Of a stretch of 64,000 bases of DNA, positions 1 to 10,482 are shown in pieces. The DNA is taken from assembly GCF_004010195.1 (NCBI RefSeq), contig NC_057750.1, positions 7,446,530 through 7,510,529 of the forward strand, read 5' to 3'. Below the pieces are notes generated by a model. It saw only the letters and a list, made by a program, of their open reading frames with translations, did not search any database and was not told where the DNA came from. How positions within the stretch are numbered: position 1 is the stretch's first letter; each line of letters opens with the position of its first letter. A program made the position numbers and the translations under genes. This DNA comes from Chiloscyllium plagiosum (Eukaryota).

Positions 1-354
1 ATTAAAAACTGAAATTACTGGCAGCATCTGTGGTGAGAAAATAAAACCATCCTTTTGGGTCCACTGACCCTTCAACAAAACTACAGAATGTTCAGGGGGA
101 GTTGGTTTAGATCCCATGCAGATGGTGTAATTTGAATTCCATACAAAACAAATTCTGGCATTAAAAAGTCAGTTTAATGGCAATGGGTGTTGAGTGTAGT
201 AAAAACCTGTGTGGTTTGCTATGTCCTTTAGGGAAGGGAATCAAATCATACAGTACGGAAGGGAGTCTGTACCATCAAAAGTACACTCGTCCCACTTTCT
301 CAATCCAGACGCATAGCCTTGAATATTATGACACATCAGATGTTCTTCCAAGTA

Positions 355-513
355 CAGAGGAACCTCGATTATCCGAATATAGAATTATCTGGCAAGATCG
401 CAAGGTCCTGATGCTCAGCTAAGTTATGTGAGCCGGCATTCAAATATCCGGAATTTGATTAACTGAATGAAATATTCCCCACTCGTGTCCTTCGGATAAT
501 CAAGATTCCTCTG
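355..513. mobile_element. Tc1/mariner (pogo/Tigger-like) MITE
   Basis: TIRs CAGAGGAACCTCGATTATCCGAA ... TTCGGATAATCAAGATTCCTCTG, flanked by TA target duplication (353-354, 514-515). Confidence 0.85.
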
Positions 514-1089
514 TACTTTCTAAAGCTCTGCCAGCCTTATCCGGTCTGGCCTACACTTGACTCCTGACTTTTGACTGCCCTCTCGAAATTAGGGATGGGC
601 AATAAACAATGGCCTAGCCAGTGACATGCATTTCCCATCAATGAATAAAAAAAAAAATCCCAAGTTACTTCAGGGAAAGGACAAGCAGACACAAACTGAC
701 ACCAAGTCACACAAGGAGATGTTAGCTTGACTGAGAGTTTCGTAGGTGTTTGAGGTCATACCTTTAAAAGACAAGAGGCAGAAAGGTTTAAGAAACCCCA
801 GAATTTAACGCCTTGGCAGTAGAAGGCCAATGGTAGAACCAAGAAAATCAGGGATGTTTCACAAGGCAGGAATTAGAGGCATGCAGAGAGTTTAGACCAT
901 AGTAAGGGCTGCAGGAAGTTACAGGGATCAGGAAGGGTGACCACCTAACCCAGACTTGCCAGGACCACCCTGAATTTGAGGCGTGTATCTGAACTTGCCT
1001 CCTGCAGTGTCTGATAATGCTGTGATTTCATTCTTCGTGCACACAGATCGCAGAGCTTGGGATCTGAGTACCCTAGAGAATGGGTCGTA

Positions 1090-1315
1090 ATAGGCTACAC
1101 TGTTGGTACAACAAGTAATTAGAAAAACTAATAGAATACCAACGCTAATTACAGAAAGAATAAAACATAAAATTCGGAAAGTTTAGCTTCAGTGGTGGAG
1201 AATACTGGTGAGATCACCTCTGGAGTACTGTATACAATGTCAGTGACCTTATCTAAGGAAGTAAATACATTGGGAACAATTCAAGGAAAGTTTATGAGAC
1301 TGATATTGGAATAAA
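1090..1315 (+). mobile_element. Degenerate CR1-group LINE ORF2 fragment
   Basis: Resembles the CR1 'LVRPHLEYCVQFWSP...KFTRLI' segment; heavily mutated. Confidence 0.55.
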
Positions 1316-1599
1316 GTCACCTCTCACTCTTCGGAACTCCCAGTGGATACAAGCCTAGCCTATGAGATCAGCCACCCGTTTTTAAAAGATTCATTTACAG
1401 GATGTGGCTGTAGCTCCCTAAGAGGCTGAGCAGTGTAATGCCCTGGGTTTGGGCTTCAGTCTCTGGAGACATGGGTTCAAATCCCACCACTGCCAATGTT
1501 ACAAGTCAGTGCACTGTTAAGTTGCTTCTTGAACCTTCCTCAGTGACAGAGAAGGCACCTTTTGTGCTTATTCTCATTTTAGATGAGTTTGACACCCAA

Positions 1600-1900
1600 G
1601 TGGTATTATCGCTAGCCTATCAATCCAGAGAACGAACCAATGTGCTGGGGACCCAGGTTCAAATCCCGCCACAGCAGATGGTTAAAATTAAATTCAATAA
1701 AAATCTGGATTTAAGAGTCTAATGATGACCATGAATCCATTGTTGGAAAAACCCATCTGGGTCACTCATGTCCTTTACAGAAGGAAACTGCCATCCCTAC
1801 CTGATCTAGCTGACATGTGACTCCAGACCCACAGCAATGGAGTTGACTCTGAACTGCCCTCTGGGCAATAAATGCTGGCCTAGCCAGTGATATCCGCATA
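1600..1900 (+). mobile_element. tRNA-derived SINE, second shark family (non-HE1)
   Basis: B-box GGTTCAAATCC, conserved body (CATCTGGTTCACT...GTGACTCCAGACCCACAGCAA) and tail CAATAAATGCTGGCCTAGCCAG; other copies at ~3235-3350, 3480-3830(-), 3900-4090, 28460-28700, 48410-48725(-), 63800-64000. Confidence 0.75.
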
Positions 1901-1901
1901 G

Positions 1902-2275
1902 GTGAAAGTGAGGACTACAGATGCTGGAGATCAGAGTCAAGATGAGAGGATGGTGGAAAAGCACAGCAGGTCAGGCAGCATCCGAGCAGCAGGAAAACTG
2001 AAGTTTCGGGCAACAGTCCTTCATCAGGAATGAGGCAGGGAGCCTCCGGGGTGGAGGGGTAAATGGGAGGAGGAGTGGGGCTGGGGAGAAGGTAGCTGAG
2101 AGTGCAATAGGAGAATGGGGGTGGGGTGAAGGTGATAGGTCAGAGAGGAGGGTGAAGTGGATAGGTGGGAAGGAAGTTTAGCTGGTAGGACAGGTCATGA
2201 GGATGGTGCTGAGCTGGCAGGTTGGAACTGGGGTAAGGTGGGCGGAGGGAAATGAGAAAACTGGTAAAGTCCATG
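1902..2275 (-). mobile_element. Penelope-like element 3' fragment (family 1) with hammerhead motif
   Basis: Same terminus as 32130-32778 and 4400-4596; minus strand CTGATGAAGGACTGTTGCCCGAAAC near 2000-2030. Confidence 0.7.
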
Positions 2276-3300
2276 TACTGTGAATGAATTTTTAAGAAGG
2301 GTAGTTTGGCTTATGAGGCTAGACAGGCTGAGCTGTACATTTCTTTTTAAATGGAGGAAGTGCCAGAACTATAATCCAGTATGGAGGAGATGTTTCCCCT
2401 TGTGGGAGAATCTGAAACTTGGGTCACTGTTTAAAAATAAAACTGAGATAAGGTGAAACTGTTTCTCACATGAGACTTTGGAACTCTCTTCCTCAAAAGG
2501 CACTGGAAGCTGAGCCCTTGGATATTTTCAAGGAAGAAGTAGATAGATTATTGAAAACTAGTGGGGGTAAACTATCAGGGGTAGGAGACAATGTGGGATA
2601 ATCAGATCGTGGGAGGAGGAGACCATTCAGCCCCATGTGCCTGCTCAGCATTCTCAATCATCTGCCTCGTACACCACACTTCCCATAACCCTTAACATCA
2701 TTAGGGATTAGAAATCCATTGATCTCCATCTCGAATGTACATGATAACTGAGCTTCCACTTTGGGCATACATGATTCAAAAGATTCGTCACCCTTGGAGT
2801 AAAGAGATCCCTCCTCATCTCGGTCCTAAGGGCTGCGTTCACTCCTCAACTAGGAGAAATATAACTCATGAACTTACTCTGTCTATCCCTTTGAGAACAT
2901 TGCAAGTCCACAAGATTGCTTCAGGTCCTTCAGAACTACAGAGAATACAGTACAGGCCATAGCCCTGATCTTACTGAACGGCAGAACAAACTTGAGGTGC
3001 CAAGTGACCTATTCCTGCCCCTAATTCGAAGGTTTTAAACTCCCCATTGACATTTCTCTTACATTCCGTGGCGAGTGTTGCAGAGGTCAATCCTCAGATG
3101 CAGGAGGCACCAAGTTAATCCAGAGGGCTAAACCTCAGGAGAGGGGAGTGGGATTGGGTGAGCTGGAGAGAAAGAGTAGGCCGGGCCCTAGAGTGGCAAT
3201 GAGATTAGATCACCATATATCTAAGCCCAATTATTGAGGTGATGGCCTAATGGTATTATCGCTAAATTGTTAATCCAGAGACCCAGGTAATAACCTGGTA

Positions 3301-3526
3301 ATAAATGCTGGTCTAGCCAGTAACACTCATATCCCATGGATGAATTAAAAAGAATTCCAGATTTTAAAAAAATTGAATTCTAATTCCACCATCTACCAAG
3401 GTAACGACCTGGGTTCAAACCCTACCTTGGTAGATGGTGGAATTTGAATTCAATTTTTAAAAAATCTGGAATTCTTTTTAATTCATTCATGGGATGTGGG
3501 TGTTTACTGGCTAGACCAGCATTTAT
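3301..3526. repeat. Near-perfect inverted repeat, ~103 bp arms, 19 nt loop
   Basis: 3301-3403 is the reverse complement of 3423-3526 with few mismatches. Confidence 0.9.
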
Positions 3527-4094
3527 TGCCCATCCCTAATTGCCCCAGGCGACAGTTACGAGTGAACCCCATTGCTGTGGGTCTGGAGTCACAGGTAGGC
3601 CAGACCAGGTAAGGATGGCAGTTTCCTTCCTTAAAGGACATTAGTGACCCAGATGTTTTTTTCCAGACAATAGATTCATGGTTCATCATTAAGGCTCTTA
3701 ATTCCATGTTTTTATTGAATTCAAATTCCACCATTTGCCATGGAAGGATTCGAACCTGGGATCCCGGAACATTACCTGGGTCTCTGGATTAACAGTTCAC
3801 GATAATACACTCAGCCACAGCCTCCTCCAATTTCAGAGTCTAATCATGACTGTAATCCTTCAAAGTTATGGTATGGCTCATTCACACTCACTACAATGAC
3901 TGGGGAGGTAGTGGCCTAGTGGTATTATCACTGGACTGTTAAACTAGAGACCCAGGTTCAAATCCTATGTTGTCAAATGGTGAAAGTTGAATTCAATTTT
4001 TTTTAAAAATGCTGAATTTAAAAATCAAATGACCATCAACCCACTGTTAGAGAAACCTATCTGGTTCACTATTGCCCTTTAGGGAAGGAAATTC

Positions 4095-4395
4095 CAAAAC
4101 TAGAGGGCATAGGTTTAGGGTGAAAGAGGAAAAATTTAAAAGGGACCTAAGGGCCAACTTTTTCATGCAGAGGGTGGTGTGTGTATGGAATGAGCTACCA
4201 GAAGAAGTGGTGGATGCTGGTATAATTACAGCATTTATAGAGTCATAGAGATGTACAGCATGGAAACAGACCCTTTGGTCCAACTCATCCATGCCAGCCA
4301 GATATCCCAACCCAATCTAGTCCCACCTGCCATCACCTGGCCCATATCTCTCCAAACCCTTCCTGTTCATATACCCATCCAGATTACTTTTAAAT
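4095..4395. mobile_element. HER1/CR1 LINE 3' fragments in inverted arrangement
   Basis: Plus segment 'TRGHRFRVKEEKFKRDLRANFFMQRVV' abuts a minus-strand 3' tail (ATAGAGTCATAGAGATGTACAGCA). Confidence 0.75.
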
Positions 4396-4399
4396 ATTG

Positions 4400-4596
4400 G
4401 GGTTCAAGACTCTGACCTATCACCATTATCCCCACCTTCATCCACCTATCACACTCTCAGCTACCTCCCCCCTCCCCCAGCCCATCCCCCTCCCTCTCCC
4501 ATTTATCTCCACCACCTTGGCTCACAGCCTCATTCCCGATGAAGGGCTTTTGCCCGAAACGTTGATTTTCCTGCTCCTCGGATGCTGCCTGACCTT
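4400..4596 (+). mobile_element. Penelope-like family 1 3' end with hammerhead-like motif
   Basis: CCGATGAAGGGCTTTTGCCCGAAACGTT at ~4536-4563 after a C-rich tract. Confidence 0.7.
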
Positions 4597-4800
4597 TTGG
4601 GAATTGTAGTCCACCTTAATCAAATAGAATCTCTACAGTGTGGAAACAGGCCACTTGACCCAACAGGTGCACACCAATCTCCGAACAGCATCTCACCCAG
4701 ACCCAGCTCCATCCCTATAACCCTGCATTTCCCGTGGCTAACCCACCTAACCTGTACATTATGGTGCAAGTTAGCACAGCCAATCCACCCTAACCTGCAT

Positions 4801-5196
4801 ATAGAGTCATAGAGATGTACAGCACAGAAATAGACCCTTCGGTCCAACTTGTCCATGCCGACCAGATATCCTAACCTAATCTAGTCCCATTTGCCAGCAC
4901 TCGGCCAATATCCCTCTAAACCCTCCCTGTTCATATACTCATCCAGGTGCCTTTTAAATGTTGAAATTGTACCAGCCTCCACCACACCTTCTGGCAGTTC
5001 ATTCCATACACGCACCACCATCTCAGTGAAAAAATTGCCCCTTTAAAAGGTATCTGGATTGGTATATGAATAGGAAGGGTTTAGAGGGATATGGTCCAAA
5101 TGCTAGCAAATAGGACTAGATTAGTTTAGAATATCTGATCGGCATTGACAAGTTGGACCGAAGGGTCTGTTTCCGTGCAGTACATCTCTGTGACTC
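4801..5196. mobile_element. HER1/CR1 3' ends, minus then plus
   Basis: Two copies of the HER1 tail in opposite orientation joined near 5043. Confidence 0.75.
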
Positions 5197-5832
5197 TACA
5201 AAACTGTCATCCTTACCTGGTCTGGCCTACATATGACTCCAGACCCACAGCAACGTGGTTGACTCTGTACTGCCCTCTGGGCAATTAGGGATGGGCAATA
5301 AACACTGGTCTGGAAAGTGATCCCCTCATCCCATGAATGAATGAGAAAAGCTCCTGGCACCATTTTAAGGCCGTGAGGAAAATCTCTCCCAGGCCAGAGG
5401 GATGCATAAGGCTGCTCCAAATAACCATCAGTGTCCCTACCTCTAAGGCAGGAGGCCGACTAGCTCCAGAGGATGTATGTGGCAGCTTAAACTCACCACC
5501 AGCCGCCTCTCCCTCTCCACAGAGAGACAGCAGCCTGACAATCCCCCCCGAGACTTTACCTTTATTCACAACATGCCTGAACAGGTTGATTAGAGATCAT
5601 CCCCAGTGGCAATCAGACGTTGCCTTGCCCCCACTCGCCTACAAGGCATTCCCCTGGGGCATGGGAGCTGCAGGGAGAGCATTCGACCCACTCACTGTCA
5701 TCGCCATGGCCCATGCTGTTTCCCCACTCTCCACCGCGAAGATTCTGTTTGTAGATTTCAGGGGGCAGCCAAAATTGGGGCTCTCGCAAGTTGACTGCAG
5801 TGTGACTATTTTGCAAAATATTTTGTTTAAAA

Positions 5833-5837
5833 ATATA

Positions 5838-5868
<31 letters not shown>
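5833..5868. repeat. (TA)n microsatellite
   Basis: Direct reading. Confidence 0.95.
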
Positions 5869-5899
5869 GCAGCTGCTGGAGCGCCCCACAACAACTCAC

Positions 5900-6170
5900 C
5901 TCCTTCCCCTCTGCAAATTGATACACAGACGCTGCAAATTGATACAGGCCTCCCGGGCCAACGTTCTAGGCACTTCCGGTCCATCAGCCCGGCCACTAGG
6001 AGAGCATGCGCAAACCCCCCAACCACCGCGCCGCCTGCCGGGAGATGTAGTTCCTCCGCTACTGGGTTTGTAGTTCCTCAACTCCCACTCATCGGGGATG
6101 GGGAAGCGTGCACTTGCATTGCTGTAGCGCCTCTCACGACCGCTGGGAGGCCCCTTGCAGCCAATAAACT
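5900..6170 (-). promoter_or_regulatory. CpG-rich housekeeping promoter with putative non-coding exon 1 (minus strand, donor at 5899)
   Basis: ETS CACTTCCGGT 5971-5980, NRF1 GCATGCGCA 6004-6012, two ZNF143/THAP11-type ACTACA..CCC motifs (minus, ~6040-6053 and 6063-6076), CCAAT 6161, and splice donor GAG|GTGAGT on the minus strand at 5899. Confidence 0.7.
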
Positions 6171-6404
6171 GACCCTTGGAGCTGGAATTTAGGGAAAAGA
6201 GAGGAGGGTCGGGAGTGGGTGGTTGTTTGGGATGGGGATGTGGGAACTGATGAGGTGTGCACTGCAAGATCCCACAAATAGGCCTGTGATCTTACAGCGA
6301 AAAGGGCTGGTACCAAGAGACCAGCAGATGTACCAAAGCTACTGGTGGCCAATGACACACCACATGGATTACATTCACTTTGTAGGAAATCTTTCAGCCA
6401 ATTT

Positions 6405-7330
6405 AGAGTCATACAGCACAAAAACAGACCCTTTGGTCCAACCCATCCATGCTAAGTTTCTCAAACTGAAATAGTCCCATTTGCCAGCGTTTGGCCCATA
6501 TCTCTCTCTAAACCTTTCCTGTTCATCTACTGTTCAAATATCTTTTAGATGTTGTAACTGTACCCACATCTACTACTTCCTCTGGCAGTCCATTCCACAC
6601 ACAAACCACCCTCTGTGTGAAAATGTTGTCTCTTAGGTCCCTCTCACTTTAAAAATATGCCCCTTAGTTTTGAAATCCCCTACTTAGGGAAAAGACCCCT
6701 GTCATTCACCTTATCCATGCCCCTCATGATTTTATAAACCTCTATAAGGTCGCCCTCAACCTCCTATGCTGCAATGAAAATAATCCCAGTCTATCCAGCC
6801 TCTCCTGATATCTCATTCCCGGCAATACTGGCCAAACGCTGGGCCAACTTCCGACAAATGGGATAATTCAGTTTGGGAATTCCAGGCGGGCCTATGGAAT
6901 TCATTGCCATGGAGCACAGTGGAGGCTGGGACGTTAAATGCCTTCAAGGCAGAGATTGATAAATTCTTGATCTCGCAAAGAATTAAAGAGGTACGGGGAG
7001 AGTGCGGGAAGTGGGGTTGAAATGCCCATCAGCCATGATTAAATGGCGGAGTGGACTCGATGGGCCGAATGGCCTTACTTCCACTCCTATGTCTTATGAT
7101 CGTATAACACCTTGCTAAATCTCTTATGAACCTTCTCTAACTTAATAGTATCCTTCCTGTAACAGGGTGACCAGAGCTGGACAGAGTTCTCCAGAAGAGA
7201 CCTCACCATTGTCCTGTACAACCTCAACATGACGTCCCAACTCTAATACTCAAAGGTCTGAGCAATGAAAGCAAGCGTGCTAAACGCCTTCTTAACCACC
7301 CTGTCTACATGTGATGCAAACTTCAAACAA
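6405..7330 (-). mobile_element. HER1/CR1 LINE 3' fragment interrupted by a plus-strand LINE tail (~6870-7105)
   Basis: HER1 tail and RT C-terminal motifs on the minus strand; insert ends TGGGCCGAATGGCCTTACTTCCACTCCTATGTCTTATG. Confidence 0.7.
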
Positions 7331-7576
7331 CTGCAAAAGGAAATGACCAGATCATTGAACCGATGTGTCATTGATTGGGACAGAGTTCTCCAGAAGAGAC
7401 CTCACCAATGTCCTTTACAACCTCAACATGACGTCCCAACTCTAATACTCAAAGGTCTGAGCAATGAAAGCAGGTGTGCTAAACGCCTTCTTAACCACCC
7501 TGTCTACATGTGATGCAAACTTCAAACAACTGCAAAAGGAAATGACCAGATCATTGAACCGATGTGTCATTGATTG
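7179..7576. repeat. Tandem duplication, ~199 bp x2
   Basis: 7179-7377 is nearly identical to 7378-7576. Confidence 0.9.
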
Positions 7577-8178
7577 AGGGATGAATATTGTCAGGGCAAT
7601 GTGGATAACAATCTTCTTGTTGTGACAATGATTTAAGTCATATCCTGTTTACAGCCACTGACTCCCCCCTCTCATCTTCCTTTTTTTATACTCCATTGCA
7701 TTTGAAATAAAGGACGCTAGTCCATCTGCCAACCTGTTACCCACTGAACCTGGATGCTAACCTTTTGTGATTCATGCACTCGGACGCTGCCATCACCCCT
7801 TCCCCCAGTTCCTATGTTCAGCAGCTTCCTGCAGTCTTTCCCTATTTAATAATATTCAGCTCTTCTCCACTTTCTGCCAAAGTGCACACAAGCAGCAGTG
7901 ACCAGTTAATATGCATTAGCCATGTTGATCAAAGAATCAGGTCCCTGGGGTGGGTCTCCCTCCTCTTCTGTAAGGTAGTGTTGCTGCAACAGTATGAGTT
8001 GGAGCCAATACATGTGCTGGAGAGGCACAGAGTAGTCCCGGCCCGAGACATTGACTTTCCTGCTCCTCAGATGCTGTCTGACCAGCTGTGCTTCTCCAGC
8101 TCCACGGCTATTGAGTCTGGCTTCTAGCATCTGCAGTCCTTATTGTCTCCAAGCCTGGGTAGGACTTCAGTTTGATGT

Positions 8179-8480
8179 GGGCGGCACGGTGGCACAGTGG
8201 TTAGCACTGCTGCCTCACCGCGCCTGAGACCCGGGTTCAATTCCCGCCTCAGGCGACTGACTGTGTGGAGTTTGCACGTTCTCCCTGTGTCTGCGTGGGT
8301 TTCCTCCGGGTGCTCTGGTTTCCTCCCACAGTCACAAAGATGTGCAGGTCAGGTGAATTGGCCATGCTAAATTGCCCATAGTGTTAGGTAAGGGGTATAT
8401 GTAGGGGTATGGGTGGGTTGCTCTTCGGCGGGTTGGTGTGGACTTGTTGGGCCGAAGGGCCTGTTTCCACACTGTAATAT
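8179..8480 (+). mobile_element. HE1 V-SINE
   Basis: tRNA-like head GGGCGGCACGGTGGCACAGTGGTTAGCACT, V-domain GGGTTTCCTCCGGGTGCTC, HER1-like tail GGGCCGAAGGGCCTGTTTCCACACTGTA. Confidence 0.9.
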
Positions 8481-8534
8481 AATGTAAAAAAATGTAATGC
8501 ACAGGACAAACCTAACGTGCTCAATTTCCCCTTG

Positions 8535-8830
8535 TGTGTGGCTCAGTGGTTAGCACTGCTGCCTCACAGTGCCAGGGACCCAGGTTTGATTCCAGCCTTG
8601 TATGACTGTCTGTGTGGTGTTTGTACGTTCTCCCTGTGTCTGTGCGAGTTTGCTCTGGTTTCCTCCCACGGTCCGAAGATGTGTAGGTTAGGATTGGCTG
8701 TGCTAAATTGCCCATAGTGTTCAGGGATGTGCAGGCTATGTGGGTTAGCCATGGGAGACATAGGGCTTATGGAGATTAGGTGGGATTCCCTTCGTAGGGT
8801 TGGTATGTATTCTCTGCGCTGTAGGGACTC
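8535..8830 (+). mobile_element. HE1 V-SINE (diverged)
   Basis: Same head and V-domain. Confidence 0.8.
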
Positions 8831-9199
8831 CATGAGATGTTTGTAAGGGAATCCCCTATACCTGGGATTAACCTTGTGACACTAATCTTAGGAGACCGTC
8901 ACTGATAATGCAGCTGTCCCACAGCACTGCACAGGGACAGTCAGCTGAGATCAGCAACTCTGAAGCAGGACATGACCCTACTATTTTTTTTATATATATT
9001 TGTGGGATGTGGGTGTCACCCATCCCTAATTGCCCAGAGGGCAGTTAAGAGTCAATCACATTGCTCTGGGTCTGGAGTTACCTGTAGGCCAAACCAGATA
9101 AGGATGGTAGATTTCCTTCCCCAAAGGACATCAGTGAATGTTCTGACTCAGAGACACAACTGCCATGATCCTTAAGGAATATTCAATTACAATTTTTAA

Positions 9200-9630
9200 C
9201 CAGGACGAAACATCCTTTTTGATTGGCACCACATCCACAAGCATCAACCCCCTCTACCACTGACGCTCAGTAGCAGCAGTGAGCACCATTTACAAGATGC
9301 ACTGCAGCAGCTCACCAAAGATCCTCAGACAGCACCTTCCAAATCCACGACCACTTCCATCTAGAAGGACAAGGGCAGCAGATACATGGGGACACCATCC
9401 CCTGCAAGTTCACCTCCACTCACCATTCCAATTTGGAAATATATCGCCGTTCCTTCAGTATCGCTGAGTCAAAATCCTGGAATTCCCTCCCTGAAGTGCA
9501 TTGTGGGTCAACCCACAGCACACGGACAGCAGCAGTTCAAGAAGGCAGCTCACCCCCACCTTCTCAAAGGGGCAATTAGGGACAGGCAATAACTGTTGGC
9601 CCACATCCAACATATGAGTGAAAAACAAAC
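9200..9630 (+). mobile_element. CR1/L2-group LINE 3' end (likely partner of the second SINE family)
   Basis: ORF2 C-terminus 'IYKMHCS.SPKILRQHLPNP...FKKAAH.HLLKG', tail shared with SINE family 2; other copies ~39160-39905, 41880-42230, 49655-50525. Confidence 0.7.
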
Positions 9631-9719
9631 ACAGCCCTCCCTTCTCCTGAGCAGAGAAGGAATGCGGTGAAAAGAAATCCAAAACAAAAACACTAGCCAG
9701 AATTCAGAAAGGAAAAGGC

Positions 9720-9725
9720 TTTAAT
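9720..9725 (-). terminator. Putative nanos2 polyadenylation signal ATTAAA
   Basis: ATTAAA on the minus strand ~290 nt after the stop, followed by U/GU-rich sequence. Confidence 0.6.
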
Positions 9726-10017
9726 GTACAATTATATTTCCGGAGGGGGTGTTTAAAAAAATAAAATGTTCCTTTTGTTTGGAGAAACAGTCATTTCTTG
9801 AATCACTGTCCAATCGAAAAAAACTTTGATTGTTGATCGACGTAAGGAAAACGTAAATCCGTCCCCTCGTTCACTGGGGGGTGTCCCTCGGAAAACTGTC
9901 CTTATTTTTCAACATTATTGGTGCTGCCATCGCTATCTATCTACAAATATTTCTTCTTTATATTTTACACTGTACATTCAACGGGAGGTCTTTCCTCTCT
10001 GCCCCCCGCGTGCGCTC

Positions 10018-10482
10018 TCAGCGTTTCGATCTTTTGCCTACAGAGTTCCGCCCGTGGCTGCGATACAGGGACTGCCTCTCGGGGTTGAAGCCGCAGTATT
10101 TCAGGGTGTGCGCGGTGTCGCCGGTCGCCTGGCACAGAGGGCAGACATAGTTGCGCAGGATCGGGCACAGCACCCTGCCGCTCTCCGTCTTCAGCGCATG
10201 TGAGGCGTACACCTTCCGCGACTCGCCGTTGTGCTTGCAGAAGGTGCAGACACCACCCGCCCTCTTCGACGGCTTCTCAGCGCCCGGGCTGCTGGCGCCG
10301 GGGGGTGGGGCCTCCGTACCCGCCTCCAAGGCTCCCTCGGCCAGCGGGCTGACCGTACCCAGCTCCTGCCCGCCCGCCACGGGCCTCCAGATCTCCTCCA
10401 CCCTCATCGATAGCTGCAAGTAGTCCTTCCATAAGTCGAACTCCTGGCTCCGGGGAGAATGCGTCTGGGGCTTTCCATCCAT
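10018..10482 (-). CDS. nanos2: Nanos homolog 2 (154 aa, single exon)
   Basis: NOT1-interacting motif FDLWKDYLQL; tandem CCHC fingers CTFCKHNGESRKVYASH...CPILRNYVCPLCQATGDTAHTLKYC; C-terminal QSLYRSHGRNSVGKRSKR is NANOS2-type. The ORF-track start at 10554 is TTG; first ATG is 10482. Confidence 0.95.
   Translation of the reverse strand: MDGKPQTHSPRSQEFDLWKDYLQLSMRVEEIWRPVAGGQELGTVSPLAEGALEAGTEAPPPGASSPGAEKPSKRAGGVCTFCKHNGESRKVYASHALKTESGRVLCPILRNYVCPLCQATGDTAHTLKYCGFNPERQSLYRSHGRNSVGKRSKR

Noticed and set aside
5337-5921. 194-aa plus-strand ORF
   Set aside because: Begins in a SINE tail, runs through a (TA)n tract, no domain similarity; probably intron of the minus-strand gene
8179-8260. tRNA gene
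   Set aside because: A/B-box head of HE1 SINE continuing into the V-domain; not a standalone tRNA
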